This document shows positions 39,696 through 49,335 of a DNA stretch of 64,000 nt, in pieces; position 1 is the stretch's first letter; every line of letters starts with the position of its first letter. The stretch is from Planctomycetota bacterium. GTDB lineage: Bacteria; Planctomycetota; UBA8108; UBA1146. Below the pieces are notes generated by a model. It was not told the origin of the DNA and did not search any database. It saw nothing but the letters and a program-made list of their open reading frames with translations. Position numbers and translations under genes: made by a program. The stretch is taken from positions 1-64,000 of the forward strand of contig JAYZBV010000065.1 of the NCBI GenBank assembly GCA_036338595.1. Direction: 5' to 3'.

Positions 39696-42116
39696 ATGAT
39701 CTTGAGCCTGCCAGCGCCAGGGGACTCGGCACCGCATCCGGGCCTTCATACGATCCACAGGCGGCTCTCGCTGCTGCTGGGTGTTCTGCTGCTGCTATCT
39801 CCCTCCCTGCACCTCCACGGATTCCAGACCCAATCCCAGGAGCAAGAGGTGATACAGGAGATCCGATTGCGGGGCCTCGACCGCCTCGGGACAGCAGAAG
39901 TTCTGGCCAGGATGAAGATCAGATCCGGGGATCGCTGGGATCCGGTCGCTCTCGACGCTGAATATCGACGACTCTGGACCAGCGGTGATTTTGTCACCAT
40001 CGAATCGCCTCTTGTCGATCACACCGCATCCGGTGTCATCATCACCATCACTCTCAGAGAGCGCCGGCAAATTTTTGAAGTCCAACTGGAGGGTGCCCAC
40101 GACCTGTCAGAGAAGGCAACGCTGAGGCAGATTCGGAGCAACAAGGGCGAACTTCACGACCCCTTGCTGGTGCGCGAGGACATCGATTCGATTCGAGGTC
40201 TCCTGCTGGAGCAGGGGCACCCATTTGCCAGGGTTGACAGCCGCACGGAGGAAACTGCCGACGGACTGGTGGTCATATTCGAGCTCGATGAAGGGCCTCA
40301 GGTACTGCTCCGGACCGTCGACCTGAAAGGATCGGGCTCGCTTCCAATTGGCAATATTTTGAAGTTGATGCAACTTCGCACGAGAACTCCGCTCGGCCTG
40401 GCCCGTTCAGGAAAATTCGATCCACGGCTGCTGGAAGAAGACCTCGAGAAGATTCGAGAGTACTACATATCGATGGGATTTTTCGATGCTGAGGTGTCGA
40501 TAGACCAGCTCGAATTTCAAGACAACCTGGAAAATCTCAGACTCGTCATCGATCTGGATGAAGGGCCGAGGTATCGAATCGGAGAGATCGAGTTCTCGTT
40601 CGAGGGCAACCGAGTGATCCCCGAGGAGCAGTTACGTTCTGCTCTGAAGGTGGTTCCTGGCGATCTCTGGAATGGTGCACTCGTCAAGGCGGACACGGAT
40701 CAACTGAAAAGGCTCTATAACGATCAGGGCTATCTAGACGCCACCATCACCCCTTCCCTCACCTACCCCCTCGAGGGGGTCGATGTCATCCTTCGCTACA
40801 GGATCTTCGAGGGGTCATTGGTCTACGTCAGTGACATCGAATTCAGGGGCAATACCAACACCAGAGACGATGTGATCCGTCGCCAGCTGGAGGTTTACCC
40901 GGGGGAACTCCTCCATCCGGACCTTCTTCAGAGAAGCCTCAGCAACCTACATAGACTCCGGTACTTCGATGGTATTCGTCCTCAATTTGACAGCGGTGGC
41001 GATCCTGAGCGCCGCCCGCTGGTATTCGAGCTGGCGGAAGGATCCACAGGCAGGGCCTTGTTCGGGATCGGATACTCCAGTGGCCGTGGAGCCGTGGGGA
41101 ATCTCTCCATCGAGAAGCGGAATTTTGACATCACCGATGTTCCCGACTCGCTCACCGATCTTCCAGGATCCTTCACCGGAGGAGGACAGCGCCTGATTCT
41201 TGAGGCGCAGCCGGGTACGGAGTACTCCAGGTATCGCCTGCAGTTCTCCGAGCCATTTCTTGGAGGGTCTCAAAATTCTCTGCAGATATCGGCATTCCGG
41301 TCCGTGTTGCTTCGCCCGGAATACATCGAGGATCGAAGCAGCGCTGGAATCACGGTGGGACGCCTCTTCAGCCTCGAGAAGAAACTGAGAGGCACCCTTG
41401 GTTTTCGCAATGATAGAGTTTCAGTCGATGAAGTATCGGCGTCTGCCCCGTCGGTCGTGATCAACAGCGCCGGCAAGACCACCTACAGCGCCATCGATAT
41501 CAACCTGGATTGGGACCAGCGTGTCTATCGACCTGTCATCGGTGCGGTCGATGGGTGGTATCTTGAAACCGGCTACAGTCACATCGGCGGGCCGCTCGGC
41601 GGGGATCTGGAAATCGGGAAATTCAATCTCGGTACCGGCATGTTCCGCACCATTCATGAAAACAGCGACGCTCTTCGCCATGTCTTTGCCATGCGAACCA
41701 CTTTCAACTGGGCTGAGCCTCTCGGCGAAGATGACCTGATTCCGGTATTTGAACGCTTCTATCTGGGAGGTCCACGATCGCTGCGCGGATTTGATTACCG
41801 AGGTGCAGGGCCTCGGGAGAACGATGCAGAAATCGGGGGAACCGTCCGCCACAGAGGATCCATCGAATACACCTGGCCGCTGCTGGATAACACACTTCGC
41901 GGCCTCGTATTCACCGACTTCGGAAACCTATCCGATGGAAAGGCTGCCTTCTCATTGGATGAATATAGAGTCGGAGTTGGTGGAGGAGTCGTATTGAACA
42001 TCCCCATCTTTGGTCAGTCATTGCCCATCTCCATCACCTGGACCGAGGCGGTGAAGAAGCAAGATGGAGATCGGCTGCAGGAGTTCTCCCTGGATCTTGG
42101 CTGGTTCCTCTACTAG
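39696..42116 (+). CDS. bamA: Outer membrane protein assembly factor BamA
   Basis: Signal peptide, POTRA repeats (EGP.., GN..TRD.VIRR), NFDI, GGGQ, ERFYLGG..SLRGF, C-terminal aromatic residue. Confidence 0.93.
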   Translation: MILSLPAPGDSAPHPGLHTIHRRLSLLLGVLLLLSPSLHLHGFQTQSQEQEVIQEIRLRGLDRLGTAEVLARMKIRSGDRWDPVALDAEYRRLWTSGDFVTIESPLVDHTASGVIITITLRERRQIFEVQLEGAHDLSEKATLRQIRSNKGELHDPLLVREDIDSIRGLLLEQGHPFARVDSRTEETADGLVVIFELDEGPQVLLRTVDLKGSGSLPIGNILKLMQLRTRTPLGLARSGKFDPRLLEEDLEKIREYYISMGFFDAEVSIDQLEFQDNLENLRLVIDLDEGPRYRIGEIEFSFEGNRVIPEEQLRSALKVVPGDLWNGALVKADTDQLKRLYNDQGYLDATITPSLTYPLEGVDVILRYRIFEGSLVYVSDIEFRGNTNTRDDVIRRQLEVYPGELLHPDLLQRSLSNLHRLRYFDGIRPQFDSGGDPERRPLVFELAEGSTGRALFGIGYSSGRGAVGNLSIEKRNFDITDVPDSLTDLPGSFTGGGQRLILEAQPGTEYSRYRLQFSEPFLGGSQNSLQISAFRSVLLRPEYIEDRSSAGITVGRLFSLEKKLRGTLGFRNDRVSVDEVSASAPSVVINSAGKTTYSAIDINLDWDQRVYRPVIGAVDGWYLETGYSHIGGPLGGDLEIGKFNLGTGMFRTIHENSDALRHVFAMRTTFNWAEPLGEDDLIPVFERFYLGGPRSLRGFDYRGAGPRENDAEIGGTVRHRGSIEYTWPLLDNTLRGLVFTDFGNLSDGKAAFSLDEYRVGVGGGVVLNIPIFGQSLPISITWTEAVKKQDGDRLQEFSLDLGWFLY

Positions 42117-44344
42117 AGCCCTGTCTCTCCTGGGTCCCCCGACCCTTCATCGCAATCCCACCAGATCTCGAAACCGGGTGGAGGTAGCACCCACGAAATC
42201 TCTGTAAATGAAATATCGGTAGCGACGCCATTGATGAGCACCACCAGTCGCTGCTTCTCCTTGTTGATCTTTCGCACCTCGCAAACCTTTTGAAATCTCG
42301 GGATGAAAACCGCGTCTCCCTTGCTCAGTGAGCGAGCAGTATCGAGGCGACGCTTCGCCAGGTCTGTTCCTTCCAGCGCCTGGGCAAGAGCCAGATAGGC
42401 ATCGCTCAGAGCATCCCCCTTCGCCCCGGGAAGTTCTCCGATCTGGTCCAGGGCGTGGCGGATTCGCGCAACGGAGGTGGAGATTTGCAGTTCCTCAACG
42501 CGCTCCAGTTCATATTCGAGTGCGGAGCGGGTCTTTTCAGCTTCCTGTTCCTGACGAGCGATTTGTTGTGAATGGTGGAGCGCCCTCTTGCGGTGACCTT
42601 CCGCTTCCCTCGAGCGTCTTTCCAGATCCTTCTGAGCTCGCTGCATCGCATCGACGACCTCGTGATCCACAGCATCTTGATCTCGACTCGCCCGCCTGGC
42701 GCTTTCGACTACCTCCGAAGGCATTCCGATCCGCTCTGCGATGACCAGCGCATTCGATCGACCCGGCAGGCCAACCACAATCCGAAAGGTGGGAGCCAGT
42801 TTCTCGGGATCGAACTCCATCGAAGCGTTTTCACACTTGCGGCGCCTGTAGGCGTACTCCTTGAGTCGACCCAGATGTGTCGTGACCAGTGTCAAGGTGC
42901 CTCGCTCGTATAGCACATCCAGCACTGCCTCTGCCAACGGTGCGCCTTCAAGCGGGTCGGTCCCGGATCCGAGTTCATCGAGCAGCACCAGACTACGACT
43001 GGTAGAGCGACGCAATATCGACGCCACCACGGTGACATGCGCAGAGAATGTCGAGAGATCCTGCTGCAAACTCTGCTCATCCCCGATATCGGCAAGCACA
43101 GCATCAAAAACAGGAATACTGCAACCCGGTGACGCTGGAATCGGGATTCCGCATGCAGCCATCAGTGCAAGCAGCCCCACCGTCTTGAGGACCACGGTCT
43201 TGCCGCCCGTGTTGGGACCGGTGACGACGATTTGATATCTGCCAGGATTCATGTCGAGATCCATGGGGACCACAGCGGCTCGTGCAGACTCCAGATCAAA
43301 GATGGAGCCGCGCACAGTCTTCCGTTGTCGCCAGAGTAGCAAGGGATGTCTTGCAGCGACCAGAACGATGCGGCGCTCTTCGGTCAATTCGGGACTGACG
43401 CATCCGAGTTCATCGGCAAATCGTGCTCTCGCCTGAGCAGCATCGAGTTCGACAAGATGTTGCCAGAGTTGAAGAATCAGTTCTCGACGAAGCCTGACTG
43501 CACGTGTCAGATCTGCCAGAATTCGCTGCACCTCGTGAGCTTCCGCAACTCTAGAGCGTTGCGAACGATCCCCCAGCCGGACCACCGGTTCTGGCTCGAT
43601 GAAGAGCGTCTGCCCCGATGAGGACTCTCCTCGAATGACTCCACGCACAAGATTCCTGCACTCGGCACGGATCGCCCAGCAGAGTCTGCCATGGCGAGGC
43701 GTGACCACATTCCCCTGGAGCGCCTTCTTCCATGGTTTCTTCTCGGAGTTTTCGACAAACCACTGGCGAATTTCAGCATCGAGCCGGGCAGACTCGGATC
43801 TCAATCCGCTCAATTTATCGCTCGCCTGATCGAGAATCTCTCCGGATGCATCGACCGACATCTCCAAGCGTTCCCTCAAGCCAGGAACATCCACCAGAAA
43901 CTCAGCTCTGCGGGTCAGCCGTGGACACTCCACGGCCTGGAGTTGAGATCTCAGCCTGCGCGATCGATCAATCACCTGCCACACCGCAGCCAGCATCTGT
44001 GGATCGAGAGTGCTGGACCCGGATTCCGGCAATATCGAGGGGATATCGATCAGCCCCTCGAGTCCTGGGTTCCAGTTGTTGGTTTTCAGCCGCTCGCGAA
44101 TCTCCTCGGTCTCATCGAGTAGAACTCTGGCGGATTCAAGATCCGTTGCCGGTATTGCCCGCTGCAGATGCAACTTTCCCGGACGAGATGATGCAAATCC
44201 TGCGACACATTCGAGCAGGTCGGCCAGATCGAGTCGGCGATAACTCGAAGGGATGACATCGAGGATGTCTGAAGGTTCCTGGCGGCGACTCCTGGACCGT
44301 TTGCGCCGTCGCCGCTTCTTCCCCGGGTCCGTTGGGCCAGACAA
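42113..44344 (-). CDS. mutS2: MutS2-like ATPase lacking the C-terminal Smr domain
   Basis: SSSGQTLFIEP, ARHPLL, TGPNTGGKT, DIGDEQSLQQ.LSTFSAH, LLDELGSGTDP.EG, TTH, G.PGRSNA; coiled coil then KOW-like end. Confidence 0.9.
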   Translation of the reverse strand: MSGPTDPGKKRRRRKRSRSRRQEPSDILDVIPSSYRRLDLADLLECVAGFASSRPGKLHLQRAIPATDLESARVLLDETEEIRERLKTNNWNPGLEGLIDIPSILPESGSSTLDPQMLAAVWQVIDRSRRLRSQLQAVECPRLTRRAEFLVDVPGLRERLEMSVDASGEILDQASDKLSGLRSESARLDAEIRQWFVENSEKKPWKKALQGNVVTPRHGRLCWAIRAECRNLVRGVIRGESSSGQTLFIEPEPVVRLGDRSQRSRVAEAHEVQRILADLTRAVRLRRELILQLWQHLVELDAAQARARFADELGCVSPELTEERRIVLVAARHPLLLWRQRKTVRGSIFDLESARAAVVPMDLDMNPGRYQIVVTGPNTGGKTVVLKTVGLLALMAACGIPIPASPGCSIPVFDAVLADIGDEQSLQQDLSTFSAHVTVVASILRRSTSRSLVLLDELGSGTDPLEGAPLAEAVLDVLYERGTLTLVTTHLGRLKEYAYRRRKCENASMEFDPEKLAPTFRIVVGLPGRSNALVIAERIGMPSEVVESARRASRDQDAVDHEVVDAMQRAQKDLERRSREAEGHRKRALHHSQQIARQEQEAEKTRSALEYELERVEELQISTSVARIRHALDQIGELPGAKGDALSDAYLALAQALEGTDLAKRRLDTARSLSKGDAVFIPRFQKVCEVRKINKEKQRLVVLINGVATDISFTEISWVLPPPGFEIWWDCDEGSGDPGETGL

Positions 44345-44388
44345 ACTTCCACCTTTCCCTGAACCCCTTCGATCCAGCGGGATGGATG

Positions 44389-45801
44389 CTAACTCATTTC
44401 ATCGACGATGCGGAGTTGATCACTGCCCCTGAGCAGTTGCCGGGCTCTCTCCATGCATTCCCGAGCCACCTCACCGGTGGATACGCCGAGGATGCCACCA
44501 CCACGGATGCCCGGAATCGCCTGGTCGAGTCTCCGAGTGAGGCTTTCGGCAGCTCCGGGTTCCGGCTGGTCGATCAGAACCCAGAGCCTGTCACCGCAGA
44601 TCTCGACCCAGTCGGTGCCTCGCAGCTCCTTCGGAATCTTCTCGGCGAGGTCACGACCACCCTGAGTGTGCTCCAGAACCAGCACTCCAGGTGCCACACC
44701 ACGTCTTTCCGCTGACCGGATGCGGGTGTCGAGCAGTCGAGTGAATCGTTGCTCCGGATCCTCGATCAGTGGCATGCCGTCGGAGGCGATCGCTGGCACC
44801 AGGTCATCGATCAGCGGCAACAACTGGAAGGCACGAAAGAACTCGCGGCGAGCCGCTTGAGGATCTCTTGCCAGGAACCCGAGCCACGCCTCGGGCAAGG
44901 GAACCCCGACGAATGGCCCCAGAGATCCTGGCTCGGTCGGTATCGGTTCTCCCACATCGAGTTCATCACCGATGCTTCTGAGTACTGCACCAGGATCATG
45001 CCCCCCCACCTTGACCGAGATCTCATCACCGCTTCTCCTCAGTTCGGCCCAGCCAAGAAATGCGGGATCGGACATCACCCAGTTCCTCAGAGCCTCTGCC
45101 GAAACCACACCATCTTTGCGAGCCTTCAGCAGTGCCTTCACAGCTGCCATCGCATCCGGTTGCAGGTCATGACCTGGAGATGTTGTGGTCTCTGGCTCAA
45201 AGGTCAGGCGGCTCACCTCCTCCTCGGACAACCTGGGAAGATCGAAATCGCGCCCGGGAGCAGGTGCTGATGAAGGAGCAGGTGTCGCTGAATCCTGATC
45301 TGGACTCGCCATCAAGAAGTCGAAGATCTCATCATTTGCGGACGAGACGATGGGGCGAACGATTCGAGGTACGTCAGAACTTTCAGGAACAGGAGGGTCT
45401 TCGTCCACCATCTCGATCAAACGATCTTGATACTCTGCGAACTGATCGAGGCGATGCGCGTGCCCATAGACGATGACGAAGTCACAACCTGCAATATGGC
45501 ATGGAAATTTCTGTTGAGCAGCAGCCACAGTGGGATAGGCATGGAGCGAGGCCTTGTCACCGATGCGATCCGCCATCTCTTCGTGGACGATCAGGTTGCC
45601 ATGATGGATCAGGACCAGATCACGGCGGTTCATGTCGGCAGCCGCGTCGTCCCTTCCCTCCTCGAACAGTTTCTCGTTTTCCCTCTTTTGCTGATCGATT
45701 TCTCGACGAAGTTCCTCGCCTTCCGGTGCAGGACGGCCCTCGCCATCGGAAGGACCGATAAGATCGCCAATGCTCGGGTCGGGGGGGTCAGAGTCGGTCA
45801 C
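44389..45801 (-). CDS. Hypothetical signalling protein with a degenerate GGDEF-like C-terminal domain
   Basis: GTG start after AGGAG; C-terminal F.RLL...I....R, LRGTD, GDRLWVLI, AESLTRRL pattern typical of GGDEF folds, but without the GGDEF motif. Confidence 0.55.
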   Translation of the reverse strand: MTDSDPPDPSIGDLIGPSDGEGRPAPEGEELRREIDQQKRENEKLFEEGRDDAAADMNRRDLVLIHHGNLIVHEEMADRIGDKASLHAYPTVAAAQQKFPCHIAGCDFVIVYGHAHRLDQFAEYQDRLIEMVDEDPPVPESSDVPRIVRPIVSSANDEIFDFLMASPDQDSATPAPSSAPAPGRDFDLPRLSEEEVSRLTFEPETTTSPGHDLQPDAMAAVKALLKARKDGVVSAEALRNWVMSDPAFLGWAELRRSGDEISVKVGGHDPGAVLRSIGDELDVGEPIPTEPGSLGPFVGVPLPEAWLGFLARDPQAARREFFRAFQLLPLIDDLVPAIASDGMPLIEDPEQRFTRLLDTRIRSAERRGVAPGVLVLEHTQGGRDLAEKIPKELRGTDWVEICGDRLWVLIDQPEPGAAESLTRRLDQAIPGIRGGGILGVSTGEVARECMERARQLLRGSDQLRIVDEMS

Positions 45802-45895
45802 TCGGCTTCTCCTGGGGGTCAGATGACGGCAGTGGAGCCCCGATGAGACCTTCTCCAGGCGCACTCGTCAACCTCGGCGTGACATCGGGGGTCGA

Positions 45896-47116
45896 TTAGC
45901 GAATCTCGGTGTATCTCCCCTGATTTGCGTGGGCCAGCCGACGCAGGAATTCCCGGGCCTGGGGAAGGTCCTGGCGCGGGGCATCTCCTGCAAACAACCC
46001 GATGCAGTGGATACGGGTACCTCGATAGCGATTCCATCGGGTCACCGCATCGAGGATCAGGGTGAGCGAGGTCTCTTCCCCCACCGTCGGGCTTCCATCG
46101 GAGAGGAGATAAATGGTGTCGACCTCGCGATCGGAGAAGGCAGCCTCCAGCGCACCGTAGGAGTTGGTCTCGCCACCGGCTCGCAGACCATCTACGAACT
46201 GGAGAGCCTTCTTGAGGATCGGGCCTCGAGCCTTGACCAGCGATGGAGAAAATCTCATCACATCCTCGGAGAAGGCGACCACCGAGAAGCGGCTCTTCGG
46301 GTCCAGACCGGATTCAAGTGCGCGACGTAATTCAGTCCTGGCGACCTCGATTCTCGATCCCCCCACCGATGTCTCCGCAAGCATGCTCCCCGATACATCT
46401 AACAAGAAGATGACGCGCTCGCTGACGATCTCCCCGTACAGTCCCTGACGAACCGCAGTCGGTAGGCTCTTCTGTTCATCATCTGCTTCGTCGGCGTCCG
46501 GTGGAGGAGGCTGCCAGTCCTGCTGATGATCTCGCCACCAGATTCTCCATTGATCCGCTTCAGGCGGTAGCGTATGTCCCGTAAGAGTGATCAGTGCCTC
46601 TCGGAAGTCCTCGAGCAATCGACCCCGGGCATCGGGCATCCTGTCGATCAGTGCTTTCACCGTCTCGGCTGCCCTGTGGTCTCGCAATCCGCGGATTGCC
46701 TCTGATACCACCAACCAGGATCGGTCCTTCAATCTCAGCAACAGTTCCGGGCGAGAAAGACTCTGGGGCCATGCACGCAGCACCCGCAATGCATCCAGGC
46801 GCCTGGACGGATCCTTCGAATTCCTCGCTGCAGTTCGGATCGCCTCTCTTGCCCCCTCCGATTCGAAAGTACGGAGCAGGCGCAACGCTTCCTGATGCAC
46901 GAGCAAGCTCTCGTGTGCCATCCCGAATCGCAACATCAGTTCAGCACTCTCTTCTTGATCCTGCCCACCCAGTGTCTCGATGGCATCGCAGATGGCAGAT
47001 TCATCTCGCATCTGAAGAGCTGACATCAGCGCATCTCGCGCCTTCGCCATTTCATCGATATGAATCGGACCTGCCAGATTCAGTGCCATCGCCAGTGCCA
47101 GCAGTGGATGGATCAT
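45896..47116 (-). CDS. Exported HEAT-repeat plus von Willebrand factor A domain protein
   Basis: Signal peptide, HEAT-like repeats, W..WW motif, MIDAS DVSGS...GETN...LSDG. Confidence 0.88.
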   Translation of the reverse strand: MIHPLLALAMALNLAGPIHIDEMAKARDALMSALQMRDESAICDAIETLGGQDQEESAELMLRFGMAHESLLVHQEALRLLRTFESEGAREAIRTAARNSKDPSRRLDALRVLRAWPQSLSRPELLLRLKDRSWLVVSEAIRGLRDHRAAETVKALIDRMPDARGRLLEDFREALITLTGHTLPPEADQWRIWWRDHQQDWQPPPPDADEADDEQKSLPTAVRQGLYGEIVSERVIFLLDVSGSMLAETSVGGSRIEVARTELRRALESGLDPKSRFSVVAFSEDVMRFSPSLVKARGPILKKALQFVDGLRAGGETNSYGALEAAFSDREVDTIYLLSDGSPTVGEETSLTLILDAVTRWNRYRGTRIHCIGLFAGDAPRQDLPQAREFLRRLAHANQGRYTEIR

Positions 47117-47760
47117 CGGGCCCCCTGGTCGTTGCCCTGAGCCCCGAGTTCCTCCTCGACGATCTTCCGGGCGGCAATCCTCAGTTCTTCACGGTCATTG
47201 CAAGTCTCCAGGATCTGCTCGCTGATCATCCGATCCAGTGCGCGAGCCAGAGCGTCCCGATGGCCCGAGTGACTGCGAAGTAACAGCGTGACCAGTTCAT
47301 CGACGAGGTGATCCGAGGAGATCTCTGCCAGCAAGCGTGGAGATCTTGAAGCACTGCGATGCAGGTCGTCTCCCGCTCGGGGAAGATCCTGGGTCTTGTC
47401 GGCAGCCATTGCAATCAGGTCGGTCACACGCTCCTGATTGCGAAGGACCGAACAATCTACTTCTGTCAGACAACCATCGTAATCGTGCGGGAGAAGACAT
47501 ACCGAACCGAGTTCGATCACCTCACCCGGTGAAATGCTACGAACCTCGATTCTCTCTCCACCAACGAAGGTACCGTTTGAACTGCCGAGGTCAGCAACCA
47601 CGATACGATCGCCATCGACGGTCAGTGCACAATGCTGCCTACTCAGAATGGGATCCTCAAGTTGCACGGCACAACTACGCGATCGTCCCAGTGTGATGGT
47701 GCCTTCATCGAGCGGCAATTGCCTGGGCATTCCATCATGTATCAGCAACCGAAGATTCAT
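47113..47760 (-). CDS. FHA-domain protein
   Basis: LGRS..C.VQL.D..LSRQH, DLGSSNGTFV; ATG after AAGGAG. Confidence 0.9.
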   Translation of the reverse strand: MNLRLLIHDGMPRQLPLDEGTITLGRSRSCAVQLEDPILSRQHCALTVDGDRIVVADLGSSNGTFVGGERIEVRSISPGEVIELGSVCLLPHDYDGCLTEVDCSVLRNQERVTDLIAMAADKTQDLPRAGDDLHRSASRSPRLLAEISSDHLVDELVTLLLRSHSGHRDALARALDRMISEQILETCNDREELRIAARKIVEEELGAQGNDQGAR

Positions 47761-47761
47761 G

Positions 47762-48178
47762 TCACTCCTTCTCGGCACCCGTGATGGCTTGCTGTTGAAA
47801 GAACACAGGTAACCGACGCGGCCTGCCGCGATCTACATCGATACAGGCCAGAGTAGTGGATCCAGTACACACTGTATCTCCACGAGGCGAGGTGATGGTG
47901 TAACCCAGTTGAAGCCTGGCACCCCTGGCCTCTACAAGATGGGTCTCGACCGTCAAGAGATCGTCGTAAAGTGCTGGATACTGGTAGCTAACCGCGACTT
48001 CCGAGACGAGAAACCGAATCCCATCCTTTTCCAGTTCTTGATACGGCATTCCCAGTTCTCTCAGCCATTCTGTCCTGGCAGTCTCGAACCAGACGACATG
48101 GCGAGAATGATGGGCGATTCCTCCCTGGTCCGTCTCTTCATATCGGACTCGAATGGTGCTCGTTCCCGTGATGGTCAT
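47762..48178 (-). CDS. YbgC/FadM-family acyl-CoA thioesterase
   Basis: RVRY.ETD.GG..HH....WFE.AR, Y..PA.YDD.L.V, G.P.RLP. Confidence 0.92.
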   Translation of the reverse strand: MTITGTSTIRVRYEETDQGGIAHHSRHVVWFETARTEWLRELGMPYQELEKDGIRFLVSEVAVSYQYPALYDDLLTVETHLVEARGARLQLGYTITSPRGDTVCTGSTTLACIDVDRGRPRRLPVFFQQQAITGAEKE

Positions 48179-48186
48179 CTGCGCTC

Positions 48187-48456
48187 CTACTGCCTGGAGT
48201 CGGTTCCGTCAGTTTCTTTCCGAAACCTGTGCTCAAACATCCTGCGAATCTCAGCCTGCGGGTACTTCAGTTTTCTCAAGTTCAGGTAGGAATTGACCAT
48301 CTTCACAGTCCGCGCATCATACAGATATCGGCCAGTATCGGTGATCTTGGCCGGCTCGATCAGCCTGGATGTGACCAGGCTCTGGAGCAACTGCCGGGTG
48401 ATTCCGGTCCTCTCCATGAGATCCCTGGGTTTCATCAGTTCCGCATCTGAAGCCAT
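48187..48456 (-). CDS. MerR-family HTH regulator (short, no effector domain)
   Basis: MKP.DL..RTGITRQ.L, LIEP...T.TGRYLY, L....Y...EIR. Confidence 0.8.
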   Translation of the reverse strand: MASDAELMKPRDLMERTGITRQLLQSLVTSRLIEPAKITDTGRYLYDARTVKMVNSYLNLRKLKYPQAEIRRMFEHRFRKETDGTDSRQ

Positions 48457-48521
48457 GGAATCAGGCTATCACGGGGTCCTTCGCCTGTGAACGCACGGTA
48501 TCCTCGGAACCAGGAGGAATC

Positions 48522-49307
48522 GTGCATACAGGGACACCATGGGAAGTACTTCATCTCGAGCAGACTTCCAGCACTCAACAGGAAGCTCGCAGATTGTGTC
48601 TGCTGGAGCCCGGTGTTCGCCGAGCGATACGATCGGACAAACAACTCGCCGGGCGAGGACGAAGGGGGAATTCCTGGGCCAGTCCCGAAGGTGGTCTCTG
48701 GTGTACTCTCACCCTCCCCTGCCGCGAAGGTCCTGACCCATTCCATAACCTGGTGGTCGCACTGGCAGCTCTGAGGGCGGTTTCCGATGGCCTCGGAGCG
48801 GGACACCATCGGCTGGCACTGAAGTGGCCCAATGATCTGATCTTCGACGGCCGAAAATGGGGTGGTGTTCTTGCAGAGGTGATTGGCTCCGGGAAGCAAC
48901 AGGAAGTCCTGTTCGGAATCGGTCTCAACCTGCAAATCAGCGAGAATCAACTGAAGGACCAGCGGGAGATCCCCTCTGGGGCCACCTCAATCCTTTCAGA
49001 ATTCGGCCACAGTCCCTCCCCCGAAGCGGTGCTGGAAAGTATCCTTTCACACCTCGACCAACTTCTTGAGGAGGACGGCACAGAAGTGGGTAGAGAGAGA
49101 ATCCGGCTCCAGATCGCCGAGGTGCTCGACACCATCGGGCGTCGGATTTGCTGGGTGGCCCAGGGAGACGAGGACGGCGAGGGGGAAGCGACAGGAATCG
49201 CCACGGACGGAGCGCTCATCGTAGAGATGGGCTCGCCGACTCCGGGGCGGGTCTGCCAGCTTCGATCGGCAGAGATCTCGCATGTGAGGGTTCAGAACGA
49301 GCGTTGA
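48522..49307 (+). CDS. birA: Biotin-protein ligase (no N-terminal HTH)
   Basis: STQ, QLAGRGRRG.SW.SP, KWPNDL, K.GGVL.E, GIGLN; GTG after AGGAGG. Confidence 0.94.
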   Translation: MHTGTPWEVLHLEQTSSTQQEARRLCLLEPGVRRAIRSDKQLAGRGRRGNSWASPEGGLWCTLTLPCREGPDPFHNLVVALAALRAVSDGLGAGHHRLALKWPNDLIFDGRKWGGVLAEVIGSGKQQEVLFGIGLNLQISENQLKDQREIPSGATSILSEFGHSPSPEAVLESILSHLDQLLEEDGTEVGRERIRLQIAEVLDTIGRRICWVAQGDEDGEGEATGIATDGALIVEMGSPTPGRVCQLRSAEISHVRVQNER

Positions 49308-49335
49308 AACCTGGGATACCAACGGAAGGGTAGCT

